A stretch of 64,000 nt of DNA from an uncultured bacterium (GTDB lineage: Bacteria > Patescibacteriota > Minisyncoccia > Phycocordibacterales > Phycocordibacteraceae): NCBI GenBank assembly GCA_963851445.1, contig CAWKPH010000001.1, forward strand, positions 553,363 through 617,362, in the 5' to 3' direction. Within the stretch, counting starts at the first letter, position 1. The number at the start of each line of letters is the position of its first letter. Below the pieces are notes generated by a model. It worked only from the letters and a program-made list of their open reading frames with translations. It had not been told where the DNA came from and did not search any database. Shown here one piece after another: positions 19,888 through 29,856 of this stretch. The position numbers were made by a program, and so were the translations under genes.

Positions 19888-21812
19888 AGAGGAATATGTA
19901 GCGATGGAAGAAGCCGTTTGATAATTTCCTTTTTCGAGAGTGTTGCGACCCCCGTCGCGCAGTCGCCCCCGCCGTAATACACATAGAGCGTATCGTCACG
20001 CAACACAGCACCACACGAAAAGACGACGTTATGGACCTGTCCCTTACGCTCCCATTCAAGTATAGGTTCCAGGATTGGCATTGCCGTTCGAGAAATCACA
20101 CTTATACCGGCTTCCGCATCGAGAAGTGCCGCACCAAGTCGATATGCAAAATCGGGCCCCACCGCGTGGTATAGATAGAGCCACCCTTCTTCAACCCGTA
20201 TCGGTGGAGCAGCGCTTCCCACTTTTATGCCATCCCACATACCAAGCCTTGGAACCATAAGATCGATGCTGCGTTTTATCTTGGCAGTATCCATGGCATG
20301 TGGTGGAGGAAATTCATCAAGGAAATCGACACATATATTCGGATCAATCCGATGGATAAGCATAGTCTTTCCGCCAATTGGTTCAGGAAATATACAGAAG
20401 TCCTTGTCGTTTATGCCCACAGGGCTCAAAAATTGTGGTGACGACCAGTTGAAGTTCCTGGCAAGGAAATCATCGACAGAAATCGTTGAGAGCGCGCCAT
20501 GCGCGAGAACACCATCAAATGCAGTATAGGTGAGATAGAGTACATCACCGATGCGGGTAAGACGAGGATCTTCGGTACCACGTGCTTCTAAAACTTCGCG
20601 TGGTTTATATACTGGGTCAGGTAAACGTTCATCTATGTGGATGCCGTCCTTCGATTGTGCATATCCAAGGCGTGAAATCCCATCCTCTCCCATAGCACGG
20701 TAAAGGAGATGTATCGACCCTTCGAGTTCGATCGCGGCGGCATTGAACGTGGATAGTGATTCCCATGGATGCGAAGGATCTGGAGAAAGTATTGGTTGCT
20801 CGCTGACTCGGTTCATAAATTGAGCACGCTTATCCGCATACATGCAAGAAAGAAGGTCACTAAGAGAAAGCGCAGCTTCAGCCGCTACGGTATCCGCAGC
20901 TCCGTAAAATATGCGCAGAGTATCGCCATTCACGAGCGCGCCGGAAGGAAATACTACATTGGAGACGACGCCATACTTTTCATAAGGTTCTTCGGGTACC
21001 AAGAAGGGAAACTCGGTCTTTGCGAGTATCTGTTGTGGATCGTCAGAATCTAGTAGCAGCGCTTCGATTCCAAAGATCCGATTTCGTTCATCATAATAAT
21101 TTTGAATATGCGAATAGACAAGAAGCCATCCTTCTTTGGTCAAGATGGGAGTGGCGCCAATCTCTACGTGCTCAGTATCAGCACGCCTTACATCTGGAAA
21201 GGCATGATTCTCGAGATGCTCGTGCCATACATTCCAAAATTCGGGATTCCAAAAATCTTCAATATTCGATGCGTGTGCAAGACCAATGGTGGGACGTGGG
21301 TGTTCCTCGGTAAAATCAGTGTGGGCGGTTACCAGCATCACTACTTGGCCGTTGATGCGTTCGGGGAAAAGCGTAGCTGCCTTCGCATTGAAAGGTGTGA
21401 CGAGATGTCTTTCAGTCAGCTCGTCAGGGCGATCGCCTATGGCGACCGCCGCTTTGATGTTATCTGGACCGAACGGATATCCACCTAGCGCAGTGTAGAA
21501 AACATACCACTTACCCTCAAAGAACGTCGCGCGCGGATCTTCGCATCCGTATGTCTCCCAATCTTCTTTAGGGGCAATGACCTGTTTTCGATTTTCGAAC
21601 CCCCCGTCTTTATGCAAACATGTATAACCAATTGTTGAAAAGCCGCGTCCTGGGGTACGAATTTGATCTGGCTCAGCCATCGCTCGATAAAAAAGATGTG
21701 TGTCGCTTTCATGCACAACCGCTGAGGGATTAAAAGTGCCAATCGCTTCAAATGCATTCGCTCGCACAGGCGAGAGAAGTGGATTCCTTGGTGAACGGAA
21801 GACCGATAACAT
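19884..21812 (-). CDS. Tandem double GH130 (glycoside hydrolase family 130, beta-mannoside phosphorylase-like) protein
   Basis: Two GH130-like repeats are present. Each carries the G-x-EDPR motif (YGCEDPRATFF and RGTEDPRLTRIG) and a LFYRAM... N-terminal motif. Confidence 0.7.
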   Translation of the reverse strand: MLSVFRSPRNPLLSPVRANAFEAIGTFNPSAVVHESDTHLFYRAMAEPDQIRTPGRGFSTIGYTCLHKDGGFENRKQVIAPKEDWETYGCEDPRATFFEGKWYVFYTALGGYPFGPDNIKAAVAIGDRPDELTERHLVTPFNAKAATLFPERINGQVVMLVTAHTDFTEEHPRPTIGLAHASNIEDFWNPEFWNVWHEHLENHAFPDVRRADTEHVEIGATPILTKEGWLLVYSHIQNYYDERNRIFGIEALLLDSDDPQQILAKTEFPFLVPEEPYEKYGVVSNVVFPSGALVNGDTLRIFYGAADTVAAEAALSLSDLLSCMYADKRAQFMNRVSEQPILSPDPSHPWESLSTFNAAAIELEGSIHLLYRAMGEDGISRLGYAQSKDGIHIDERLPDPVYKPREVLEARGTEDPRLTRIGDVLYLTYTAFDGVLAHGALSTISVDDFLARNFNWSSPQFLSPVGINDKDFCIFPEPIGGKTMLIHRIDPNICVDFLDEFPPPHAMDTAKIKRSIDLMVPRLGMWDGIKVGSAAPPIRVEEGWLYLYHAVGPDFAYRLGAALLDAEAGISVISRTAMPILEPILEWERKGQVHNVVFSCGAVLRDDTLYVYYGGGDCATGVATLSKKEIIKRLLPSLHIPL

Positions 21813-21814
21813 AG

Positions 21815-22987
21815 TTATACGCCTATTGGCATACTGAGCACAGTGGGGGAAAGAGCCTGAGGCTCATGCTTGAGAAGCTTGTTCACAAATTGCGAAAGAG
21901 AGGTTGTGGCGCTGCAAACGAAATTGTCTGCGGCCCCGTAATACACGGTGAGCCGGTCATTCTCTTTGGCTGTGCCACAGGCATACACAACGCCTGGTTT
22001 TGCACCACCCATCTCATATTCTGTATTGGGTGTAAGCACGGGTATAGGACTGCGTACAATTACCTTTGTAGGGTCATTCTTTTCAAGAAGCATCGCTCCA
22101 ATTTGATAGAGATACTCGCTGCTGGTCGCATGGTAAAAGAGCAGCCACCCCTTATCAGTTTTAACTGGTGCTGGTCCTGCGCCACGCACCCAACTATCCC
22201 AGTGATTCGCGCGCCCTTCGGTCCTGGCTCCTCGTGGACTTTCAATATAAGGTTCTGACGTACCGACTGAGCCAAGATCTTTTCGATAGGCGACCTGAAC
22301 ATTTGGTGAAATGCTATGAAGTATGGCAAACATGCCATTTATTTTCTCGGGGAAAAGCACCCAATTCTTGTGGACTTCATTTTGCCGCGAAAGGAATACC
22401 GGCTTTGACCAATTCCAACGCTTCTTTTTCAGATCGGAAAGCGCAATTGAGGTAGTTGTGATACGCACCGAATCCCAGTTATGAAAGGCCGAAAATGTGA
22501 GATAGACACGATCACCCATGAGTACTGCACGTGGATCTTCTGCGCCACCCCATGACCCACCTGATGCGATTAGTTCAGGATAATGTGCATGGGCATATGC
22601 GCGACGCATCGCATCCAAATGTGGATCAGGCCCTTCAAATGCAAAGACAGGATAGGGAAGACGTTCATCGATATGTATACCGTCCTTTGAAGATGCGTAG
22701 CCAATGCGTGAGACGCCATCGCTGCCAATTGCTCGGTAAAAGAGATGAGTTTTTTCGCCATCACTTATCGCAGCAGGATTCATTACCGCCTCCTTCTCAA
22801 AATCATAACCACTCGGATGAAGAAGGGGATTGCCTTCGTTGCGCTTGAGCGAAAAATCTGCCGTGTCTATGGCATGCTGTTTCTCCATCCGCTTTGGCTG
22901 ACGGAATAATTCCCAAGCACCCCATAAGAAAAGAAATGTGGTCCCCAGCGCGAGCATAATTGCGAGGAATAAGATGATGATACTCAT
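21815..22987 (-). CDS. GH130-family glycoside phosphorylase/hydrolase with N-terminal TM anchor
   Basis: Motifs HLFYRAIGSDGVSRIGYASSKDGIHIDERL and GGAEDPRAVLMGDRVYLTFSAF, after an N-terminal hydrophobic helix. Confidence 0.7.
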   Translation of the reverse strand: MSIIILFLAIMLALGTTFLFLWGAWELFRQPKRMEKQHAIDTADFSLKRNEGNPLLHPSGYDFEKEAVMNPAAISDGEKTHLFYRAIGSDGVSRIGYASSKDGIHIDERLPYPVFAFEGPDPHLDAMRRAYAHAHYPELIASGGSWGGAEDPRAVLMGDRVYLTFSAFHNWDSVRITTTSIALSDLKKKRWNWSKPVFLSRQNEVHKNWVLFPEKINGMFAILHSISPNVQVAYRKDLGSVGTSEPYIESPRGARTEGRANHWDSWVRGAGPAPVKTDKGWLLFYHATSSEYLYQIGAMLLEKNDPTKVIVRSPIPVLTPNTEYEMGGAKPGVVYACGTAKENDRLTVYYGAADNFVCSATTSLSQFVNKLLKHEPQALSPTVLSMPIGV

Positions 22988-23002
22988 AATATTCTTATAA
23001 AT

Positions 23003-23356
23003 TTATACACGTCCGAAATCATCCTCGACACGTTCAATGTCGTTCTCATCAAAGTTTCCGATTGAAATCTCGAGTACCGCTACGCCCTGCTCACCGCCCC
23101 TCAGTCTATGGAGTGTTTCTGGGGGAATTTCAATTTCGTCGTTCATACTGATCTGCCATTCCTTATCACCAACATGAGCAACTCCGTCTCCTCCAATGAC
23201 CTTCCACCATTCTGAGCGGTGCGTATGCTTTTGGAGAGATAGTTCCTTGTTAGCGTCAATGTGCAGAATCTTTACAGTCGAAGGTTCATTTTCAGTAAAT
23301 CGTTCAAACGATCCCCAGGGGCGATGCTCCTCATACCGATTAGACAAAAGGGACAT
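23003..23356 (-). CDS. Cupin-type mannose-6-phosphate isomerase (type II PMI C-terminal cupin domain-like)
   Basis: RPWGSFERF...HRSEWWKVIGG...GD cupin motifs. It is the first gene of the mannoside operon. Confidence 0.65.
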   Translation of the reverse strand: MSLLSNRYEEHRPWGSFERFTENEPSTVKILHIDANKELSLQKHTHRSEWWKVIGGDGVAHVGDKEWQISMNDEIEIPPETLHRLRGGEQGVAVLEISIGNFDENDIERVEDDFGRV

Positions 23357-23483
23357 AAGATATATACAGAATACCTTATAATCGCTCGGTTTACTCTGGG
23401 GAATAAGTGCATAGCAGAATTCATCTTCTCAAGTCAATTCGCCATATAAACTTATGCAAGTATACTAAGCACACCTGTCACTT

Positions 23484-24236
23484 ATGGAACGGATACCTTT
23501 TTTCTCGATTGTAGTTCCTGCCCATAATGAGGAAGCATACATAGGACAGACGCTTGAAAAGCTCTGTGCGCTCGAGTACCCGAAGGATTTCTATGAGGTA
23601 ATTGTCGTCGAGAACGGTTCTGACGATGCTACTCTTATGAAAGCAAGAGAATTTGAGCACGGAAGGGATACCCCTATCAAAGTATTTACCTGTAAGGAAC
23701 CAGGCGTTTCAAGAGCGCGAAATATGGGTAGCACGAAGGTTCGTAGCGATGCGGACTGGGTATTTTTTCTTGACGCCGATACCTTTCCTGACCCACCCTT
23801 TTTGCGATCGTTCCTACGATACCTTGACGCGAATGCATCTAAAAAATTTGTCGTCGGCACAGTATCCCTTGGGCCTTATCCCTCAACCATAGTCATGCGT
23901 GTGATATACGCGGTTACGAATGTATTCTTTTCATTCTCCGGTGCCGCTTACGGCGGCGCACTCCTCATCCGCCGTGAACTACTCGAGTCGATTTCGTTTG
24001 AAGAAGATATTCATGTTGGTGAGGAGGCATCACTCATCACATGCGCAAAACGAAAGGGACGATATTTTTTCTTTTACACTGCATACGCTCACACATCAAC
24101 ACGCAGATTTCAGAATGGTGGCTGGAAAAAAATCCCAATTTGGATAGGAATGTGGATATTTGCTATGATAGTTCCAAACCATGCCTCCATTTCATCCTCA
24201 ATCCATCGTCGCTTCAAGTACAAAGCAGTTCGCTAA
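23484..24236 (+). CDS. Family 2 glycosyltransferase
   Basis: FSIVVPAHNEE...VVENGSDD...FFLDAD (GT-A DxD). Confidence 0.75.
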   Translation: MERIPFFSIVVPAHNEEAYIGQTLEKLCALEYPKDFYEVIVVENGSDDATLMKAREFEHGRDTPIKVFTCKEPGVSRARNMGSTKVRSDADWVFFLDADTFPDPPFLRSFLRYLDANASKKFVVGTVSLGPYPSTIVMRVIYAVTNVFFSFSGAAYGGALLIRRELLESISFEEDIHVGEEASLITCAKRKGRYFFFYTAYAHTSTRRFQNGGWKKIPIWIGMWIFAMIVPNHASISSSIHRRFKYKAVR

Positions 24237-24972
24237 ATTGCATCAAGCAACAACGCATTTTGCATCTCGATTCATCACGACCCCAGTCGCCGCATTCATT
24301 GCTTGGCTCAGTGTTCATACACACATTGCATATCTAGCACTTTTTATCGGTGCCTATCTTGATGCACTTATTGGTCCTTCACTTTTAATACCCGGTGAAG
24401 TCGTGTTCCTTTCGGGTTCGATTCTTGCGGGAAGACACGTTCTTCTTATTTGGCTCGTAGCTCTTTATGTATATCTGGGAGGCATTTTGGGGGATACAAC
24501 AAGCTATTGGATTGGGCGCGCGCTCGGCATTTCTCTTTTTCACGAACGTAAGAAGTTTCTGAACATAAGGCACTATCACAATGCGCGGAAGTTTGTCGAC
24601 AAGTACGGTCCGAAAGCAATTTTTTTTGCTCGACTCGTAGGCCCATTCTCAAAGATCGCACCAACCCTTGCCGGTATTCTCGAAATCCCTTTCGGGACTT
24701 TTCTCCTATATAACATCCCAGGCGTATTGGTTGGTATCGGGGAGTTCCTTCTCATCGGATATATTTTTGGGAATCGCTATGAGCTTGTCCTGTGGCTCTT
24801 TGAGCGATATACGATTCTATTTTTTATTGCGCTTTTTGCAGCACTCCTTATCCATTGGCAATATAAAAAACACCGCGCTCGCAAGAAGCGAAATGGGCTG
24901 AGATACCAAGGATGGGGAAGACAAAACAAAAGATTCCTAAGGAGTAATGGAATTCAGCAGGAAGTGGGGTAG
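24181..24972 (+). CDS. DedA/SNARE-associated family membrane protein (start may be downstream of the annotated overlap)
   Basis: The GEVVFLSGSILAG motif and a multi-TM topology. Confidence 0.7.
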   Translation: MPPFHPQSIVASSTKQFAKLHQATTHFASRFITTPVAAFIAWLSVHTHIAYLALFIGAYLDALIGPSLLIPGEVVFLSGSILAGRHVLLIWLVALYVYLGGILGDTTSYWIGRALGISLFHERKKFLNIRHYHNARKFVDKYGPKAIFFARLVGPFSKIAPTLAGILEIPFGTFLLYNIPGVLVGIGEFLLIGYIFGNRYELVLWLFERYTILFFIALFAALLIHWQYKKHRARKKRNGLRYQGWGRQNKRFLRSNGIQQEVG

Positions 24973-24984
24973 TATAGGTAGCGT

Positions 24985-25845
24985 ATGCTCACATACACGC
25001 AAGCATTCATTCTAGGACTCGTGCAGGGTGTGACTGAACTTTTTCCGGTTTCGAGCCTCGGCCACAGTGTACTTCTTCCCACACTTCTGGGCTGGCAGAT
25101 ATCGCAAAGTGCCCCTATGTTTGTCGAATTTCTAGTCATCACGCACGTTGCGACCGCACTTACCCTACTCGCATACTTTTGGCAGGACTGGATACGCCTT
25201 GCTAAGGGTTTTATTCGGTTGATTTTTACACAAAGTACTAGTCCGACAGATCCGTATAGCCGGCTTGCATGGCTTCTTGTGGTCGCCACCATTCCAGCAG
25301 GTCTTCTGGGCCTTCTCTTCCAGAATTCGATTGAGAACTTATTTTCTGCACCACGTATCGTTGCTGGAATGCTGATTTTGAACGGATTACTGCTCTATAT
25401 AGCTGAAAGCTTAAAACGCCGTCGCACACGTCTCGAAAACACGCGTATCTCGGGTGATGTTGCGATAGTAACTAAACTTTCGTGGCTTTCTGCGTTCGGC
25501 ACGGGACTCATGCAAGCACTCGCACTTATTCCAGGATTCTCTCGTACCGGGGCTTCGCTCACAGGAGGTCTCCTTTCTGGACTTGATCGCGAAAGCGCAG
25601 CACGTTTCTCGTTCCTTCTTGCAACGCCCCTCATACTTGCCGCTGGAGCACTTAAATTGCCACAACTCTTCCATGCTCAGTATCCTGTTATGCCGCTTCT
25701 TTTTGGCGCGCTTATTGCCGCGTGCGCCTCATACCTTTCTGTAGCATTTCTTACGCGGTACTTTAGAACGAACACACTCATACCATTTGCATGGTACTGT
25801 ATCGTACTAGGCGGGCTATCTCTTATCGCTCTTGTCTATTTTTAA
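24985..25845 (+). CDS. uppP: Undecaprenyl-diphosphatase
   Basis: BacA/UppP motifs GLVQGVTELFPVSSLGHS and GFSRTGASLTGG, with 8 TM helices. Confidence 0.85.
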   Translation: MLTYTQAFILGLVQGVTELFPVSSLGHSVLLPTLLGWQISQSAPMFVEFLVITHVATALTLLAYFWQDWIRLAKGFIRLIFTQSTSPTDPYSRLAWLLVVATIPAGLLGLLFQNSIENLFSAPRIVAGMLILNGLLLYIAESLKRRRTRLENTRISGDVAIVTKLSWLSAFGTGLMQALALIPGFSRTGASLTGGLLSGLDRESAARFSFLLATPLILAAGALKLPQLFHAQYPVMPLLFGALIAACASYLSVAFLTRYFRTNTLIPFAWYCIVLGGLSLIALVYF

Positions 25846-25944
25846 TTCTGAGTATCCTTATAGTCACAAGGATCGTATTTATGTTTTCGACCTATACAAA
25901 ATCATGCTAGCGTATAAGAGAAAATGTGACACAGTGAAAAAATC

Positions 25945-26886
25945 ATGAAATTTTCATGCATTTCTGCGGTTATCCCAGTTCATAATGAGGCAGGGAACCT
26001 GAAAAGACTCCACGAGGAGCTCGTCCAGGTACTTTCGACTTGTAGCTCAGAGTACGAAATTATTTATGTAAACGATGCAAGTACTGATGGATCGCTCGCT
26101 GAGCTCCAAACATTGAAGGATTGTACGATTATTAATTTGCGTCGCAAATACGGTCAGGCGACTGCACTCGATGCCGGTTTCAAGGCAGCGAAAGGAGATT
26201 TGATCGTCTCGCTTGACGGCGACGGTCAGAATGACCCCGCAGATATTCCAAAACTACTCCGTGAGCTTGAGGACAAGAATTTCGATGTCGTTACTGGCTG
26301 GCGCAAGCAACGCGCTGACAATCATGGTATTCGAGTCCTTACGCGTATTGGTCGTGCATTCCGGCGGTTTCTCATCCAGGATCCAGCTCATGACACCGGG
26401 TGTACCCTCCGAGTGTATCGCGCCGAAGCTATAAAGAGCCTTGAACTCGGGGGTGAAATGCATCGCTACATACTCGCACTCTTGCGCTGGAAGGGATTCA
26501 CTGTTGGAGAAGTCGTCGTGAGGGACCGTCCACGCTTACATGGCAAGAGCAAATACGGCTATGGCAAGGCTGTACGAGGGCTTATTGATCTCATATACAT
26601 TTGGTTCATTTACAAATATTCACAGCGCCCGCTCCACCTCTTTGGCTATATGAGCTTTGCTGCGCTTGCGGCCGGCGCCATATCCCTTGTTCTCACTATT
26701 TATGACCGCACGGTACTGGGTATCCACCTGAATGACGATGGCTGGTTTTATATCACATTCTTTCTTTTAATCGCGGCAATAATGCTATTCTCATTTGGCA
26801 TCATCATTGATCTATTGCTGCGCATCTACCTCAGTACCTCGTCCGTGCAAAAACCATACTACGTTAAGGATATTCAAAAGATATAG
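25945..26886 (+). CDS. Polyprenyl-phosphate glycosyltransferase (GT2, DPM1/GtrB/ArnC-like) with C-terminal TM helices
   Basis: ISAVIPVHNEAGN...YVNDASTDGS...LDGDGQND, with two C-terminal TM segments. Confidence 0.75.
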   Translation: MKFSCISAVIPVHNEAGNLKRLHEELVQVLSTCSSEYEIIYVNDASTDGSLAELQTLKDCTIINLRRKYGQATALDAGFKAAKGDLIVSLDGDGQNDPADIPKLLRELEDKNFDVVTGWRKQRADNHGIRVLTRIGRAFRRFLIQDPAHDTGCTLRVYRAEAIKSLELGGEMHRYILALLRWKGFTVGEVVVRDRPRLHGKSKYGYGKAVRGLIDLIYIWFIYKYSQRPLHLFGYMSFAALAAGAISLVLTIYDRTVLGIHLNDDGWFYITFFLLIAAIMLFSFGIIIDLLLRIYLSTSSVQKPYYVKDIQKI

Positions 26887-26898
26887 TTTTAGATAACT

Positions 26899-27264
26899 CT
26901 ACTTTTTCTCATTCCAACGCCATGCCGCGTGCTCACCAGTTTTGTAACAAACCCAAAGGACAATGATGGTAATAAGGATGATCCATATAAAGAAACCAGC
27001 GACCACAAGAGCTGAAGCGGGAGTAGAGCCAAGTGCAATAGGATCGTTCGAGAATTGAAGAGTGAAGAGAAGGACCGAGCCCGCAATTATAAGGGCATAG
27101 CCGAGGGTCACAAACCATCCCTCAATGGAGATGGGTACCCACCCAAGGCCATATCTTTTTGCCCTAAACCAGGGCCGTTTTTGATATCTTTTCATGGGTA
27201 GCAAGTGTAGTCCGTGCAAAGAGAAAAAGCAAGTCTTTAGGCCATATTTTCTCGCTTTGTCCAT
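26899..27264 (-). CDS. Small membrane protein (hypothetical)
   Basis: 121 aa with two TM helices. Confidence 0.4.
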   Translation of the reverse strand: MDKARKYGLKTCFFSLHGLHLLPMKRYQKRPWFRAKRYGLGWVPISIEGWFVTLGYALIIAGSVLLFTLQFSNDPIALGSTPASALVVAGFFIWIILITIIVLWVCYKTGEHAAWRWNEKK

Positions 27265-27380
27265 TCAAAGTTCCATAGAAATTGCTTGACAAAAAGGGTC
27301 CCTAGATGATAGGATAGCCCTATGGGTTAGATAGGTCAGGAGGCTCTATTCGTAGAGCCTTTCGCCTTTCTACCTCACTT

Positions 27381-28016
27381 ATGCATAAGATCCTGCCCCT
27401 CATGGGGCTACTTCTTCTAGCAAATAGTGTCTTAGCGCCAACAATGGCCAATGCCCAGACAGCGCCCGGCTCGTTTACCCCGAGTTCGACTAGCGCCCCA
27501 ACAGGCATGACGACCAACCAAGCGGTTCAGGAATCCACAGCGACACCACTCAGTCTCTCGGTGACGCTTACCTCGTATAATGCGGTTCCTGCTCAAACTA
27601 GCCCGACGCCGTGGATCACGGCGAGCGGTGCCCCCTCTGACTCGCAGGTAATCGCAGCACGATCTCACGATCTTGCGGGCGAGCTACCATACGGGACGAT
27701 TATCGCCATTGAGGGTCCGACCTCTTCTGGTGGGTATACCTGTGGCTATAGCGACGTTCAGGGTCTTATCGGGTATCGCGTAATTGCCGACGAGATGAAT
27801 ATCCGAATGAAAAACAAGGTCGACGTGATGCTTAATCAATACGATACAGTTCCTGTGGGAGACCGATATATAAATCCTGCAGTAGCCCTCGGTGCCTGCG
27901 CTGGAACACACATTCAAATAGTGGGGTACGTTAACCCCCAACATATTCCGAGCACCCAGGCAGGACTTGCAGCTCTCGTAACAGGTGGTCAAGATCTCGC
28001 ATTTGCAAAGTTCTAA
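27381..28016 (+). CDS. Secreted protein, possible 3D (MltA/RlpA-like) domain
   Basis: Signal peptide MHKILPLMGLLLLANSVLA. VIAARSHDLAGELPYGTIIAIEG and the later D/N-rich segment weakly resemble a 3D domain. Confidence 0.35.
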   Translation: MHKILPLMGLLLLANSVLAPTMANAQTAPGSFTPSSTSAPTGMTTNQAVQESTATPLSLSVTLTSYNAVPAQTSPTPWITASGAPSDSQVIAARSHDLAGELPYGTIIAIEGPTSSGGYTCGYSDVQGLIGYRVIADEMNIRMKNKVDVMLNQYDTVPVGDRYINPAVALGACAGTHIQIVGYVNPQHIPSTQAGLAALVTGGQDLAFAKF

Positions 28017-28061
28017 TAGTTTCGATCACTCTCCCAAGATAATCTGCTACACTATTCGGAC

Positions 28062-29537
28062 GTGGAAAGGTGGTTTTCGGTAATGAAGAACCAGCGCGCC
28101 CTAGGCGCAACGATCCTTATTGTTGCCATACTTATAAGTGCTTCGGTGATCTTACTCTATCGACTTGGCGCTGAACCACTTCAGGACTACGATGAAGCAA
28201 CCTATGCGGAAATAACATCTGAAAGCCTCGCTTCACACCACTTCTTCTCTTTTACCTTCCTTGATAATCCTTATTTTAATAAACCGCCTCTTCTTTTTTG
28301 GTTAACCGATGCAAGTAAGTCGATCATTTCGAGTCCTGAACTAGCTGACCGTCTACCTTCAGCGCTCTCAGCCTTGGCGCTTATCGCGTTAATGATACTC
28401 ATTACATACGAGGCAACAGGAAACCCATTCGCTGCAGCCTGGGGCGGCGCCATATTACTGACTACGAGCGCATTTATCGAGCCCGCGCGGCAGGTCCGAT
28501 TCGATCTCCTCGTCACATTTTTCGATCTCCTCGCAGTATATGCCTTTTGGAAAGCTTTCGATCCTCTAAACTCTAGAAATTCTTTTCGTGGTAGGTGGTT
28601 TTTAATCTTTGGAATCTCAGTCGGGCTTGCCGTGCTTGCCAAAGGTCCTATTGCGCTCTATGCGGTCACGCCCATTTTTGGGATCGCCACTGTATATCAG
28701 AATTTCAAATGGATTCGAAACCCCTCATTTTGGTGGGGCATATTGCTATCGCTTTTGATCATTCTTCCCTGGCATCTCTATGAAACATATCGATTTGGGT
28801 TAACCTTTTGGAAGACCTATCTTGTTGATCAGCTTCTTAATCGTGTTGATGAAGTATTTTTTACTATACATCCTACTAATATGGATTATATTTCGTATGC
28901 ATTCGGTTTTGGCGCACCTTGGCTTGCAATTTTTTGCGTAAGTATTATCGTCGCAATCTTCATATGGAACCGCATATCTCCTTCTGTTCGGGCACTTTTT
29001 GCTGCCTCTGTTATTGGAGTCTTTTCGGTCTTTTCGGTTGATTTTATAACTAAAACAAAGGCATTTAATTATCTGATCCCTTTATACCCCTTTGTAGCGC
29101 TTTGCGTCTCACTCATGGGATATGAAATTGGGCGCCTGCGATTCCCTAGGATCCGGACTTTGCTCAGTTTGATTGCAATAGTACTTACGGGAATGGGTCT
29201 TTGGCTCACGATTTTCAATGCATTTCATATCAATTCTTATTACGCGAGTGAGGTATCGCTCGCTGATCAGGAGAAAGCGATCGGGACGCTTCTCAAAGAA
29301 GATCATGCTCCTACCTTCTACGTATACGACACGACCACCCTGGGTTCAATAATGTTCTATAGTGGACTCGTAAAACCAATCTTCATGGGAAGCGCGACAG
29401 CAGCGGTGTCGCAGGGATCATTTGTTCTCTACGAAACTATGCAGCACGATGCGCTCATTGCAAAATACCCCAATTTGTCAGGCATGCCGGTGTATAACGG
29501 AGCCTCCCTCAGCCTAGTTCAAGCCCAGCATGTTTAG
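28062..29537 (+). CDS. GT39/ArnT-like (PMT family) polyprenyl-phosphate-sugar-dependent glycosyltransferase
   Basis: About 11 TM helices, an N-terminal acidic DE motif (DYDEATYAE) in the first loop, and a periplasmic C-terminal domain. Confidence 0.65.
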   Translation: MERWFSVMKNQRALGATILIVAILISASVILLYRLGAEPLQDYDEATYAEITSESLASHHFFSFTFLDNPYFNKPPLLFWLTDASKSIISSPELADRLPSALSALALIALMILITYEATGNPFAAAWGGAILLTTSAFIEPARQVRFDLLVTFFDLLAVYAFWKAFDPLNSRNSFRGRWFLIFGISVGLAVLAKGPIALYAVTPIFGIATVYQNFKWIRNPSFWWGILLSLLIILPWHLYETYRFGLTFWKTYLVDQLLNRVDEVFFTIHPTNMDYISYAFGFGAPWLAIFCVSIIVAIFIWNRISPSVRALFAASVIGVFSVFSVDFITKTKAFNYLIPLYPFVALCVSLMGYEIGRLRFPRIRTLLSLIAIVLTGMGLWLTIFNAFHINSYYASEVSLADQEKAIGTLLKEDHAPTFYVYDTTTLGSIMFYSGLVKPIFMGSATAAVSQGSFVLYETMQHDALIAKYPNLSGMPVYNGASLSLVQAQHV

Positions 29538-29856
29538 TTGAGCGTATCTGAAGCATCATGTTCCGGACGTAGATGAAAAGCGAGGCAATCTGTGCCGTTG
29601 TGAAGACAATATCTCGTATGTGGATGGAATAAATGAGGATAAGCACCGAGCCACCAAGGGATAGATACCAGAAGGACATTGGAATCACTACTGCCTTTTC
29701 TTTTTCGGATTTAATCCACTGTATGATGAATCGAAGAAAAAAGACGAATTGGCCGAAAAAACCAAAAACAACCCAAGGATTAAGTAGCTCGGCACTAAGC
29801 GTTGCAATGGAAGTCATGAAAATAAACGTAAGGTACAGTATACTCTGTAAATGCAA
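29509..29856 (-). CDS. Lipid-A-disaccharide-synthase N-terminal-like (LAB_N) membrane protein
   Basis: FFGQFVFFLRFIIQWIKSEKEKAVVIPMSFWYLSLGGSVLILIYSIHIRD matches the LAB_N signature. Confidence 0.6.
   Translation of the reverse strand: MHLQSILYLTFIFMTSIATLSAELLNPWVVFGFFGQFVFFLRFIIQWIKSEKEKAVVIPMSFWYLSLGGSVLILIYSIHIRDIVFTTAQIASLFIYVRNMMLQIRSTKHAGLELG

Noticed and set aside
19862-20059. Small ORFs overlapping or antisense inside large genes throughout the window (e.g. 650..871, 1593..1838, 3185..3580, 19862..20059)
   Set aside because: They are fully contained in or antisense to well-supported longer genes and have no independent signals. They are not reported as genes.
27331-27356. Hairpin GAGGCTCTA-ttcg-TAGAGCCTT upstream of the secreted-protein gene as a terminator or attenuator
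   Set aside because: It is a short stem followed by a poor U-tract (TCGCCTTTCT). No upstream co-directional gene ends nearby. The evidence is insufficient.
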